Positions 27,166 through 40,904 of a DNA stretch of 64,000 nucleotides are shown here, one piece after another. The translations under genes and the position numbers were made by a program. The notes beneath the pieces were generated by a model. It searched no databases and was not told the origin of the DNA. It was given only the letters and a program-made list of their open reading frames with translations. This DNA comes from Octopus sinensis (lineage: Eukaryota). The stretch's first letter is position 1; every line of letters begins with the position of its first letter. The DNA lies in assembly GCF_006345805.1 (NCBI RefSeq), contig NC_043013.1, positions 17,608,001-17,672,000 of the forward strand, read 5' to 3'.

Positions 27166-28416
27166 TACAAGGCTTGGCTGAAAAGTTCATTGACTCATGG
27201 TATTCTCATGGAATGTGACCAAATGAGGTTTATTTTTCAATATAGTTCCCCTTGTTGTCCACACACTTCTTCCATTGGCGTTGCAATGCTTGGATCCTAT
27301 TGGTGAAGAAGCTTTCATCCTGTTGGTCAAAAAAGTCAGCAATAGCTGACATGAGGTCATCACTGCGATGCTGGTTCCCATCCAAGTATTTTTCATGTTG
27401 GGGAACAGATGATAGTCGGATGGGACTAAATCAGTAGAATAGGGAGGGTGATCAACCAATTCAAAGCCACAGCCATGCACAGCAGCCATAGAAACCAAGG
27501 ACTTGTGTACTGGAACATTGTCCTGATGAAACAAGACCCTTTTCATCAGTTTTCCTAGGTGTTTGGACTTGATAGCTTTTCGTAACTGCCTTAGCAAATT
27601 GGCATAATACTCTCTATTGATGGTGTAACTCTTTTGAAGATAGTCAATAAACACAGTGCCTTTTGCATCCCCAAACACTGAGGCCATCACCTTCCCTGCA
27701 GGTGAAATGACTTTGGAGTAGGTGAGGAGGGGTGTTTCCTCTGCATGGATTGTCACTTTGTCTCTAATTCAAAGTGATGAACCCAATATTCATCCTGGCT
27801 GAGGAAATTTTCAAGGAAACCAGCTGCGCCTGCTTCAATCACTTTCAGATTTTGTGATGTGATCACCCTGGTGTGTTTTTAATCTGGTGTCAGAAGACAT
27901 GGCACCCACCAAGCAGAAACCTTTGTCATGCCAAGTTCATTGAACAGAGTATTCTCAATTATCTCCTGGGATATGCTAATAACGTTTGCTATTTGATTAT
28001 AGTTAACCACCTGTCATCTACCACCATGTGCTAAGCACAATGTCTCCCTTGGTGGTGGGAGTTGCAGGACGTCAAGTCCACGGGTGATTTTTCAAGTCTC
28101 TCCCTTCCTCTTCTAAATTCACCTACTCACTTTTACACTGTTGATAAAGCAGGAGCGTCATCCCTTAATGTGGCAACCATGTCAGCTTGGTTGGAACCTG
28201 GTCATAATAATAATGTCAGCATGAATGTCGGGGGTTAAACAATTTTTCAGGAGGTACTTCATAACACCACAATGCCGTTGCTACTAGTTACTTTTAAAGT
28301 CAGGTGTCAGTTTACCTGGAAAGAAACAATGCAGTTAAGAAAGGTTGAAATTAATGCATGCAAAATTTCACAGATCTAACATCACTCCATTTGAAACTTT
28401 TCGACCCACCCTCATA
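27166..28416 (-). mobile_element. Full-length (about 1.25 kb) defective mariner (DD34D) transposon
   Basis: GKVMASVFGDAKG, VLFHQDNVPVHKS and HPPYSTDLVPSDYHLFPNMK, with frameshifts. Imperfect TIRs tacaaggcttggctgaaaagttc and gaaacttttcgacccaccctcata, TA-flanked. Confidence 0.92.
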
Positions 28417-30039
28417 TCTATATGCCTGTGTGTATGTGTGTTTGTAACTGACTTCACACAGTATACAAGCTGGTGTGTATTGGTAGCTACCACTGTATTT
28501 TACCTTCACTCCCTTCTGTCCCATCAATAATTTTGATAACCGAAGCCCAGGTACCATTAGTCTACCACCAGTAATTACTCTTGGCTAAACACACCTTTAT
28601 ACATTACATTGTAGGCAGCCTTCTTTCCAATTTCTGTCATCACTCTCCCTCAGCCTACATATCTTTACGTGGAGCTGTTTTACACTATCATCATTGTCTC
28701 TTTTTGTACTAACTAAATGACCCATCATAATCATGGAGTTATCCATTGTTGCTGAGAACCTTAGCTTCCAAATTCAGCCACTTGATTAATCCTTACCCTT
28801 CTCTCATGACATCATCAAGAAACATGACTTCTCATGCATAGTGAAGCTGATCATGTAGGAAGTTGGACAAACAAACCCAATGAATAGTGTTCTGTTTTAA
28901 TTGTACTGGTGAGATGAGGTCTCTGCAAGCCATTGTGAAGGCAGTTCATACAGGAGTAGCAAATGTGGATAAAATCTGTTTTGGAGTATTGAGACCTTTT
29001 GATCCCGGCAGTTAAAGAGGTTGGCATTAGAGCATTCATTTGGAAAAATTGTAAGAAATGGCAGTGTATATTGTAAGCTGCAGTGAAGTCAACCAGCTAA
29101 GAGAGGGCAATAACTGTTAATAGACTTTGTTACAAGATAAAGTGGAATCTTTAGTTGTGGTATAACAACCTTGCAATAGGCTGCACCCAGGCCATCCTGC
29201 AAAGTGTGGACAGTAGAAATAGTATCAACTATTTACAAAGCCTGTCAAGAAACTTGATACACAACACAGATTGTGAAGGTCTCTTTGTTGATATATGTCA
29301 CAGATATCAGAAGACAGTGGAGACAATGTGCTCCAGCACATTGTACCATGGGGACAATGCTTCTGGAGCAAACCTTCCAAACTGATGTCTGAAAGATACG
29401 AAGAAAAATTATATCTTAAATATATATAAAATGTAAATTGTGTTTTATACAGAAACTATAAAAGGAATAACCATAAAATGATATAGACTATTGTTAATAA
29501 TCACAAGGAAGGTTTGTATAACATTTATTTGATATATAAAGCAGCAATGTCTTTTTTTAATATTTATAAATTTCATATTCCAATCAAAATATTTGACCAT
29601 TTTGTCTTAAAATTATTTCCCTCTATCAACTTGTTTACTTGAATCATTTCAGAGAGAGAGAGAGAGAGAGAAAGAGAAAGAGTGTATGTGTGTGTGTGTC
29701 CAAGAGAGAGGTAATGCATAAGTTGAGAGAGAGATACAGAGATAAAGAGGGACGGAAAGTCAGTTGTATATGTAACAATCTTAGAGTTGTGGTTTGTATT
29801 ATTGAGCCAACATCTACACCTTTTGACCCACTAGATTGAAAAATACCAGTCATATTAGACAATGCAGTGTAGTTTCTTGTATGCAGGCTAGGTAACTCTG
29901 AAATCCTGCAACTAAGGTGAAAAAAAATGAAGTCTTGAAATTTTGTATGTTTACTTTCCTTGTCACAAGGAAGATATTATTTGATATCTACCATCAATAG
30001 TTAAAACTGTTTAAATGTGAACATGGAAGGTTGAGCATT

Positions 30040-30240
30040 ACCTCTTTACTTCATCTGCTTCAAGGTTTTCCTAATGGTAGTCTTCAGTGTAACAAAGCTT
30101 CTGCAAGGTGTTGCATTGCACTTGTCCTCAGTGATGCCCCACATCCAAAAGTCAAATAGATTTAGATCTTGTGAGCTACAAGACCAAACTTCTTTGTTAA
30201 AAAAAGAATGTTCTCCTTGCAGTAATCCCACACTTTAAGG
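30040..30240 (-). mobile_element. Tc1/mariner (maT-like) transposase C-terminal relic
   Basis: FFNKEVWSCSSQDLNLFDFWMWG resembles the WPP.SPDLNPLD..VWG motif. Confidence 0.65.
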
Positions 30241-33200
30241 TGTGTGTTGGTACAGTGTTGATCAAACAATCTCATTTGGATCACAATCGTTGGTAATCAG
30301 AAACTATATTAAGGATGTTTAAATATTTAATCATGTTGATGTTTAGGACCAGTTCTTGTTTTGTACGACAGCAAGAATTTTGGAAACTTTGAAAGTAAGA
30401 ATCCTGCATTAGGAATTGATGATTTGGTTAGTTTTTTGTTGTTAAAGCTTCTTGCTTTTTAGAAAATTTAGAACTCTTCTGAGCATCAATAGCAATAGGG
30501 CCGACTGAAGAAGCATTGATGCCTATGACTGCATGACTTAGTCTAAGTTATTTTAAATGACCATATCTGCTTCACCACACTTGTTTTTTGCAAGCTTGGT
30601 TATGTTGGTTAGTAGATTTCCTGCAATAGTTAGAAAAGTGTTGATACACTTGTTATTGTTGCAGATGCAGTATGTGTAGTACACTTTTGCCCACCTTGTT
30701 TCAACATTTATGTCAAGGGTTATGCCCAACATTTCATCACAGTGATTCCATGATTCTAGTACAGTGTGTAATAAAAAAAAAAACAAAGATGCTATCAGAC
30801 TTGTTGCTTTCAAAGTATCAATTCACATGATTTATTAAATGATGACATTTTTAAAACAGCTCCAGTTTAGCTGCCTAATCCTGTATGTAAAGATGGGTTG
30901 GTTTTATCTGGAAGGCCTTTAAACCACAAGTTTGATTGATCAGCACTGGCTTGGGTTAAACAACAATCTGGGTATATTTACTGCTATCCATAGTTACCAC
31001 TTCTTGGACTGTCTTTGCAATGGCTTGCAGGGTCCACATCTCTCCAGTACAATTAGAACAGAACACAATGTGGTAGCGGGAAAGGAGTAACAAGAGGAAT
31101 TATCAGAACATATTTTCAAAGTAACCTGTCCAAGACCTAAATAGAAGTGTGTGGTGACAGAAGACTTGGAGAATAAAGGTTGCAGGAGTGCAATCCAACC
31201 TTTCTCCACTTAAGTATTATGATTCAGAAGGATAGAGGAAGGAGCAGTAGGCTATGAGTGATAGATGGAGGTGGATTCAAAATAAGTTAAGATGGTATAA
31301 TAGTGAATAGAAGAGTTGATAGGTGGCTGGGAAGAGTGGGGGATTCAGTATACACAGGTTGAATGGTTTCCTCTCAGTTACATGTGGCTTGATAATTTGA
31401 TGAATTGGAGAGATGAAGGGGATGCAGTGGGAGAGTGTAGAATATGTATATTGGAGAGGTATGATGGTATAGAATAGGTAATAGGCTTTGTGGTAGGGAG
31501 CTGTATATTACTCCCGTTATTTTAGTGGGCATTTTGATTTGTAGAAGTGTTTGGGTCTTCTGCAGCACCACATATCACCAGTTGACCTGTTCCTCTGTTA
31601 TCTCCTTTGTTAGATGGTAGTATCTTAAGATCTTTTTCTATCACCTTCTTCCCTAAGTCTTCCTTTGAGTCCCACTTCTGCAGATACCATTCACTTTCAG
31701 CTGTTGGCACTTGCTTATGCAGCAGTCACCCTCCATCTACACTTTGTAGTTATACCATCACAGATTCCTTTCTTGCACACTACATCCGATTCCTCTGCGA
31801 TCATTTATACTTAGTCTTTCATGACCCTAACTTGGCACAACCAGCAAAGCATGCTCACTTCATTTCTTTCTAGTTTTCTACATTCCAGTCCCCATCTTAT
31901 TGCTGTACAGCAATGCATTTCACACAAACATCTTACAATCTGCTCTTAACTTCAAGGGAGAAGCCCATTTTTGGAAGTAGAGGAGCTCCCTGGATTTTGT
32001 CTGACCCATTCTTATTCTGGTTGCCACACTTTCAGCACCCTTCCTCCATTGTTAAATAATTCACCTACTTCTTCTAGGGAGCCATTCAGACATTTAAGAG
32101 AATCTATTTCATGGGTACTCTTGCTGCTTATTTCTGTGATATACTTGCTACATGTGAAATCTACCTTCTGTGTCAACCCACTTAGATCCCACTACACTTT
32201 GTGCCCATTGTTTACACTGGGCACAAACCTTAAAAAATTTCTACCAATCCTTTTCTGCAAACAGAGCATGGCTATTTTCCTGATGCTAGAAGGGGCTTAT
32301 CTTCTTTCCGACTTACTACTTGTGTATGTGTGTGTATGTACAGATATTGTTTTGTGTATGTTTTTATGCATGTATATGTTTGTATAAAATGGTATAGTTG
32401 TGTATGTGTAATTGTGTTCTCATCTCTCTCTCTAATCTCTCTCTCTCGTGTATGTACTTGTGCTTGCATTTGTGTGTGGGTGTGTAAAATTTGTATATTT
32501 TATCTTTTATAGGAAATTATGGTAAATAGGTGGCTTTAAATTTGTCTTCTAAGCAAGTTCCTTGCCAGATATTCTGATATAATGCTACACACTTGAATGG
32601 ATTGAATTATCAGCTGTCATTGAAAAATGTTTTCTGGGGTGGGACGGGTGTGGGTGTGTGTGTCTCTTAAATCTGCATCTATTGGAAAGATATTTTCAGA
32701 CACTCGGAGTGTATTGTGTAACTTTGGTATTTATTGATGTGTAAAGGAAGTATTTTACTGCTCAATAACGACAACTTACGATGTTATCATGTGACTCAAC
32801 TAACCGAGAGCTGATATATTGTCTTGTTCTTATTATTTATAGTCATCAGTAGAAGTCCACTTTTCCATGCTTGCATGGGATGAATGGTTTTTCTGAGGCT
32901 GTGTTTTATGGCTGGATACCCTTCCTGTCACCAACTCTTAGTTGCCTCTGACATACCGGGACATGGTATATATACCTGTTCTAAACTCAGGATACATGCA
33001 GCTATCCAATAAATACTCTACACACACACACACACATGCGCGTGCGTGCGCAATCTAAATTCACGTCAAGTTGCAGATCAATGATTTTTCAAACTTGCAA
33101 TGTATGAAGCTAAATATATTTTAAAACTTCATTTGGTAGTGGATTTCGTCATCAAGAGTAATAACTGTCTCTGTGATTGGTTTGTTGGTGGGTGAGACAG

Positions 33201-36200
33201 TTAATTGTGGTAAACTCATTACATATGAATGTGTGTGTGTGTTTACCATTTATTTACTGCTTGCCTGGTAAGACTTTATTCTTGCTTACTTGTAAGTATC
33301 AAGATTTTTCTGTTTACTTAAAAAGGGGTTGAATGTTAAATTTATGTTTTGCTGTTTTGTTAGTTAGACCGGTAGTTAACTTTGCATAAGATTAGTTTTT
33401 GTATTTTCTATTTCTTGCATCCAGAATACTCTCCCTTTCACTTGGCTGGCATAGTTCAACTTATGTTCTGATATTCAACTGATCGCTATTCAAAATAAAG
33501 CAGCTGTTTTTTCCGGAAACTATCCTGATTCATTTGAAGGTTAATCTGCTACAAGGAACGATAATACAACACACTATGGACTTGTTGACCTGTGAAGGAA
33601 TGATGATGATTGCTTATCTGGAGAATCTGAAATTTATGTGATGTTGCAATCACAGATGCTGCATATTTCAATGACCGTGAACTGTGGTGGAAAAATTTGT
33701 CTACATACTATGTAAATGTCAATGGCATTTCCTTATGAAATTGACTCTTTTACGCAAAAGATGGTCTATTTCTCTGCTACTGTGTTTGCCTATTTCTCTC
33801 TTGGGTCTGCTCTCTGGAAATGGGCCGTTCTGTAAAGGGAAACTTTTAATCTGAGCAGTAGTTGTTTGTAGATTCTGAGCCAATATTCAGATTTAGTTTG
33901 TTTTATGGCCTGGAATAGACAAAACATACTGTATGATAGCAAATGGTATTTCAAGCATTTGTTAAAGAAATACAAATTGTCATGTTGGGTTGGTGGAATA
34001 AGTTTACTGTGAGACTAGGCAAACTTATAAGATGTGGTAGCTATCAGTTCTGGGTTCAACTGTAGGCTTCTTTTCTTAACAATCTTTGTATGCCAAGGTT
34101 GACATTGTCACAGTTGACTGATGAGCTACTTAACATTTCATGACTTTAATGAACTTTCCATAAATAAAATACTTTTTTTTTTCTTCTTAAATCTGAGTTC
34201 TTATTATTTATAAAAGTTGTTCCTTTATTATTTTTTTCTTGGTACATTTCAAATTAGCTTTGTTTGGTAGAGAGTTAAGGAAAGATAACACACTGATGCT
34301 ATTTCTCTATACAACATATGAGCAAAGGGTGACAGGGTTGGTAGGGTGCAGTATTTTGTTGTGCCCTTTTATGTTTTGAGATAAAGTCCCACTGAGGTTA
34401 ACATCCATTCAGAGGCCAGATACCAGTTAAATACTGAAGTTGATGTAAACTTCACTCTCACCCGAATTTGTTTTGTACCAAAGTTGAAAAATTGTCATTA
34501 TTAATAAACTAACTTATTTTACTGCTAATAATAGTCAGTAATCCATTTACTAAATCATGTGGTTATATTTTAGTACTATAATAGTAGTAGGTGTGGCAGT
34601 TTTTAATTTGACAATTTTGCTGTGCAGTGATTGTAATTTCAAACCTGAAGTGGATACTTATAAGAATTAAAAGACCATTAACATATTCTTCTGAATTTAT
34701 GGTAAAAGGTGGAAGCAAACCTTGGAATTAACAGAAGATGGCACCTGTATGTCTCTGCCTCTCAAATCCATTATTGCTATCAGGTGGACAATGGTACTTC
34801 AACAATAGTCTGATATTTCTGGAATTGACCTGTGTGTATGTCCAGATGATCTGCCTTTTATCAATGAATGTATCCTACTGGAAATGTTTGAATTCTGGAA
34901 GTGAATCTGGCCAAGACCTCAGTGATAGTTGAAGTGGAGCGTTAGTAATGTTATGGGATTGTAAGTATAATGTGTGACCATAGAGTAAGTGTGATTCAAC
35001 ACACTCCATCAGTTCTGTGGGTGGTGGTTGCAATTTTGTTTTAAAAACATGCCTGAAGAATTTAAAAAAAAAAAACAAAAAGCATAAGCAACTGCTGCTT
35101 TGACCAATGACCAAGAGATTTTTCTTCGTGCTAAAGGTAGGTTGTATGATGCATGGTTTATGAGTATAGTGCTGTTTGATCCTGAAATGTGGGTAGCGTA
35201 GTGGAGGAGTGCATTCTTCTCGTTGTGCAGTGTGATCTAGGTAGAGTGAATGGCACTTGTGTATTGTGTTTGTCTTTAAAACATGGATGACTTTTTATAC
35301 GTGGTAAGAACTGCTAAAATAGTCGGTTTTGTTTGAGAACATCTAAAATATAGAAAGGGCTCTTTTTAAACAAGAAATTTAGCAACAGACAAGATCTTAA
35401 TGTGATCCCATTTTTGGTAAATATTTTCTTAAAGGAGCTTTAGCTGCTGCATTTAGCTGGTCAAGGGATAATGAAGAAGCTAGATTCTGAGAAATATTTG
35501 AAGCTATGGTCCTTAGTCATAGAGAGCAATGTACAAAAAAGATAGTGACTCTTCATTGTCATTGCTGCTTCAGAAAAACCCTCTTCTATACGGCTGGCTG
35601 GTTCTTTGAAAGAAATTTTGGCTGCTGAGAAATCTAAATATAAGAATAGCTATTAAATAGATTTCTATTGCAAGAGAAGTCTTAATCGTTTTAGACAACT
35701 CGCTTTTTAAAGAGAATTGTGCGATGACATTTAAAAAATATTTCTGTCATTTCCATGCAAAATATGATCACAAATAATCTACAAAATAGCTTGTTCCATT
35801 ACAAAAATCCAGAGCCACAAGAGTACAGGTGGGATATTTTTCTCTCATTTTGGAATTTCCTATTGGATTGAAACCACATCTTTAAGTTCAGTGCAATGAG
35901 ACCACTTGCTCGTTTTTTAATACATATGGTGAAACATGTTGGGCAACTGAGGAGCAGGGAGCATGGAAAAACAAAGCCACTAAATCAGTAAAAGCAGTTC
36001 GTCTCAAACATAGCACAATCCATTCACCAAACCACTCTCAGCCCTGGTGCAACTCAGAAGTGGCCACATGCCAAGAGCAGCATGACCTCTGCCCATGCAT
36101 GCAATCAAGTTCTTCCCCCTCACATCAAGAAGCACCAGATGAAGCCGTGCAGGAGGTTCAAAATCAGCCGAGCTAGGTTGCATGGTCCATGTGAGAGGGA

Positions 36201-36514
36201 GTAGATGCCTTGTGGAAATTGCTTTCCAACTATTCTCTCAATCCAGAGTGTAACCACCAGTGTCCAATGCTTCAATGAGATGACACAGGTATAATATGCT
36301 CACAACTGCCAGGACTCTCCGAGATGAAAGGACCTGTTGTGTACCACTGCAGGCACTTTATTGGATTCATGCAGTCACCTATTACTACTCCAATTCACCT
36401 GCTGATTCTGGTGGAACTTCTTTTCATCACAGAAGAACTAAAGCATGGCAATCTGTTAAGAGTGCTTCAGCTTGTATAGCAAACACTTCAACCAGATCAC
36501 ATGTTTCTATCAGA

Positions 36515-36964
36515 CGCCAGTGGCACTTAAAAGGCACCATTTGAGCGTGATTGTTACCAGCATCGCCTTACTGGCACTTGAGCCTCGTGCTAGTAGGGTA
36601 TTAAGAGTACCATCCAAGCGTGATCATTGCCGGAACAGCTATCTGGCTTCTGTGTCAGTGGCACGTAAAAGACACCATTCAAGCATGATCGTTACCAGCA
36701 TCGCCTTACTGGCACCTGTGGCGGTGGCATGTGTAAAAGATTCGAGTGAGGTCATTGCCAGTACCGCCTGACTGGCCCTGTGCCAGTGGCATGTAAAAGC
36801 ACCCACTACACTCTCGGAGTGGTTGGCGTTAGGAAGGGCATCCAGCTGTAGAACCTCTGCCATATCAAGACTAGAGCCTGGTGCAGCCATCTGGTTCGCC
36901 AGTCCTCAGTCATTCGTCCAACCCATGCCAGCATGGAAAGCGGACGTTGAACGATGATGATGAT
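36515..36964 (+). mobile_element. RTE-tailed retroposon with a longer modular 5' array
   Basis: Same 3' end as the 18230 copy, with a (GAT)n tail. Repeated gtggcacgtaaaa.gcacc...ttaccagcatcgccttactggcac modules. Confidence 0.85.
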
Positions 36965-39402
36965 AGTGTTCTCTCCTCATCATACTGGACTTTGTTTCTC
37001 ATGTCTTCATGCACCACAAGTTTGATAGTGGACTTCCACCTTGAGCTGTTTGGCACTGGAGTTGTAATTATGATGTCTTTGATATGCTGGATCAGTTAGC
37101 CGTTCTGACTATATACGATCATTGAGAATGTTTGATTCTCTTATCTCTTGATGACATTTGCCTGCCATAGACCTCAGCTCTTTACTGACACTGAATATGA
37201 AGGGAACCACTACATTCAAGAAGTTGGCAATCCCTGAACCTTATGATTTAGTCATAGGCACAGTGTATATCTTTCCCCTTTCTGTTTCAGATTGGAATTT
37301 GCCATGTTGATGCTGTAAGTCTGTTAAAATAATGAGAAAGTTAAAATTTTGTGCATGCAGCATTGCATTATGATAGGTTGCCTTTCCTTCATAGCTTATG
37401 AAAGTTGTGTTCACAAATACCCATTATGGTGTGTGTGTGTATGTATATGTATATATATAATCTCCAAATATATACTTTTCTGTGTTTGTCTGGGTATATG
37501 TGTATATGTATGTAGATATATGTAAATGTGTTTAAATGTGTGTGGGTATATAAGCAGCAATGTTACATTTTTCTGTCTTTTTATATATATTTATTTAGGT
37601 GTATGTTTATATGCAATTGTGTATATGTGTATATAAACACATGTAAATGTGTGTAATATACGTAAATGTCTTTGTATGTGTGTATGCATATGTACATCAT
37701 TGTTTTAAAGTTCTTTTCCATGCTTTTATGGGTTGGGTGGAGTTTATTGAGGATTTTCTATGGCTGGATGTCCTTCATGCTTACAAATAAGATATTTCCT
37801 TGGGTCAAACAAAAAAATAATGGAAAATGTATTATGTGAAAACTGCATCAAGAAGTGCTGATCTCTAATTGTGGAGGGAATAAGTGGAAGGAACGGGCCC
37901 AGGAAGATGTAGAATGAAGTGGTGAGAAAAAATATTCAGGCATTGGGCCTCACAGGGGAGATGGCAAGGAAGGAACTGAAACTTCTCGTAGTTTGTAGGG
38001 CTTGAGAAGAGATCCTTGCCTTGTGGGCTCTTACTGTTGCTAACAAGTGAAGTAATTTATTATAATTTCACACTTAATTAGTTAACTAGTTGGCTAATAA
38101 CCAGTGCCTGTGTTTTTATTCAAAAATGAATCTGTTAAGGTACAATGTCAGTTTCACTTCATGATTTCACATCAAGAATCTATGAAAATATATTTTTAAA
38201 ATGTGTGTGTATATATCATTTTCATTATCAATTAATGTCCACTTTCTTATGTTTGTGTGGATCAAACAGAATTTGTTGAGGCAGATCTTCCTGTTGCCAA
38301 CCATCACCGGTTTCCAAACAAGGTGATTCCCCCCCCCCCCATGGCCAGACATGTTTTCTCGTGGAAGACTAAATGAACAACATGTGTATGATAGTGATGC
38401 TTGTTTACAACCATCATGTGATGTCAAGACAAGAGTACAGACACATATGTATGTGATGGGCTTCTTTCAATTTCTGTCCACCAGATCCACTCAAGGATTT
38501 GGGAACTATAGTAGAAGACATTTACTCAAGGTGCCATGCAGTAGGACTGAACCTGAGACCACATAGTTTGGAAGCAAGCATCTTAACCATTTGGCCATAA
38601 ATACCTTTATATGTGTGTTACTTGCTGTCTCTCCATCACTTCACTCACATCTCACCCTTTCTCATCTCCCTACCACCTTTGCTAATCTCATCCTCATGAC
38701 CCTGCCTCCATCACCCTTCACTAGGCTTTTGTTTGTCTGTCTGTGCCGACCATCTTGTCTACCACAGTCTCCTATCTTTGTGGCCTACATAACAGTGATA
38801 GTGTTAAAAAACCATCTGTACCCAACATATTCTAACTTCATCCTGTCTTACGGCCAGCCAACCATCACTTCCACTCCTTTGTGTCGCTTTTGTTGCCACC
38901 TTTCAATTACTTACATTTGTTCACCTCTACTATCACCCATCACTCTCCTCTCTAATAAGTCAATCTTCCATCATACTCTTTTCATCAACTCATTCTAGTC
39001 TTTCTGTATTATTCTCTCTTCAAACCCTTTCCTTGCTCATCTGAGTGTTAGTGAATGTCATAGGTTGCACTGTACTCTCAACACTTAACACTCTTGTGCC
39101 TTCCTTTCTGTGCCCTTCCCCTCAATCCTTCGTCACCTTAACAAAAATACACTCCAAGTTCCTGACTACTACCTACATTTACAGTGTACAAGACACACTT
39201 GCCCTGTGCTGGGGCTAAGTTGACAAACTCCTTTAGTCTTGTCTGCTTGATGCACCTAGCACATATTGTAAATCAGATGGTTAAATAAGGGAGGAAAGTA
39301 TAGGGTTATGAGATCCCTGTATTCCTATCTCTTACTAAACTCTCTAGTGCTGGTGTCATGACAAAGCAATGCACCTTTTTCAGTGATATCTATCAATATA
39401 TA

Positions 39403-39673
39403 TGTGGAGGCATAATGGCTCAGTGGTTAGGGTAGCGGACTCGCGGTTTCGATACCCAGACCGAGCGTTGTGAGTGTTTATTGAGCGAAAACACCTAAAG
39501 CTCCATGAGCTTCTAGCAGTCGATCCCTGCTATACTCTTTCACTACAACTTTCTCTCACTCTTTCTTCTGTTGGCCTGCTCACTTAGCCAGCAGGGTGGC
39601 GTCATTTGAAGGCTAAAACAATGCGAAGCGTATTGCGACCAGCGATGTGTAGCAACATCTGATAGCCTGGTGA
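39403..39673 (+). mobile_element. tRNA-derived SINE (head shared with the 43113 copy, different tail), 12-bp TSD
   Basis: A-box-like tggctcagtggttag and B-box-like ggtttcgatacc. TSD tatcaatatata at 39391-39402 and 39674-39685. Confidence 0.85.
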
Positions 39674-40554
39674 TATCAATATATACATACATTCTTGCCA
39701 TATATATGTATGTTTACATTTGTGTGTGTGTATACATACCTACACACATTGATGTGTGTGTGTGTGTGTACTTATGTCATTTATACAGAAAACCTCTCTC
39801 TCGTATTGTTTTCTACTTGTATTCTAACAGTCAAACCCAGTTTCATAACAAAAGTTTCAATACCAAAACTAAAAGTTTGTCTTGAAACTCAAAACTCAGT
39901 TTCAGTAAAAGAAACTATATCCTCTACAGCATGTATTGTGCTCTCCTCTCATTTGTTTGACATAAAGCAATATATGCAGTGTGTGTGTGTGTGTGTTGTG
40001 TGTATGCTGCAGCAGACAGTAGAGCTTGGTACAGTCTTCTAACTTACCAAATCTTGTCAAACCATCCAACCCATGCCAGCATGGAAAGCAGATGTTAAAT
40101 CACGATGATAATGGTATATATAGTGTGCAGTTCTGTTATTGTGGGGATCAGTCTGAATGATTGCATGATAATACATAGCATGCTATACAAGCTTGTCTGT
40201 ACACTGTAATTTTGGAGGTATAAAACTAATGGCAGCTCGCTTATAAATCCTATGTATGAATCATTTGATGTCTGTCTTTCATGCTGGCATAGGTTGGCCA
40301 GTTTGACTGGATCTCTGAGTCAGTATACTACATCATGCTACAGTGTTTGCTTTTGCATGGTTTCTGTAGTTGGATGCTCTTCTTAATGCCATTTCACTTT
40401 ATAGGGTACTAGTGGTGGGGATACCTTTTTGTCTTTGCACCAGTACTAGTGAAGTTGCCTTGCAACTTGCTGATCCGGGGGCTTAAAAATGGCCTCTATG
40501 GTTTAATAATAGAAGGGTGTGTGATGATTCTAGACAGGGTGATGAGAGAATGTT

Positions 40555-40904
40555 CTCTCTCTATCCGCTCAGTCGAAGTCGACTCTCGGTCACTCATTGG
40601 ATCAGTGTCCTCCAGTCAGTTCTATCCTGGGCCGCTTCTTTCAGATTGGCTATGTCCATTCCGGTATCACTCTTGATGGTGTCAAGCCAGCGGGTTCTTG
40701 GTCGGCCTCTTCCTCTCTTGCCGCTGACCATTCCGAACATGATGTTCTCCTCCAGGGATTTTTTCCGCATAATATGACCGAATATTGCCAATCTATGCTT
40801 GGTGATCCTCTCTTGCCGCTGACCATTCCGAACATGATGTTCTCCTCCAGGGATTTTTTCCGCATAATATGACCGAAATATGCCAATCTATGCTTGGTGA
40901 TCCT
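40555..40904 (-). mobile_element. 5'-truncated RTE (BovB-like) LINE 3' end with 10-bp TSD and an internal ~95-bp duplication
   Basis: LAYFGHIMRKKSLEENIMFGMVSGKRGRGRPRTRWLDTIK...LKEAAQDRTDWR. TSD agagaatgtt at 40545-40554 and 40905-40914. Confidence 0.9.

Noticed and set aside
33598-33700. C/D-box snoRNA candidate (ATGATGA ... CTGA)
   Set aside because: The boxes are too close together, and I see no terminal D box, terminal stem or recognisable guide.
36515-36800. Repeat-spacer pattern resembling a CRISPR array
   Set aside because: Eukaryotic intron, degenerate modules with related 'spacers', no cas genes. It is part of a retroposon.
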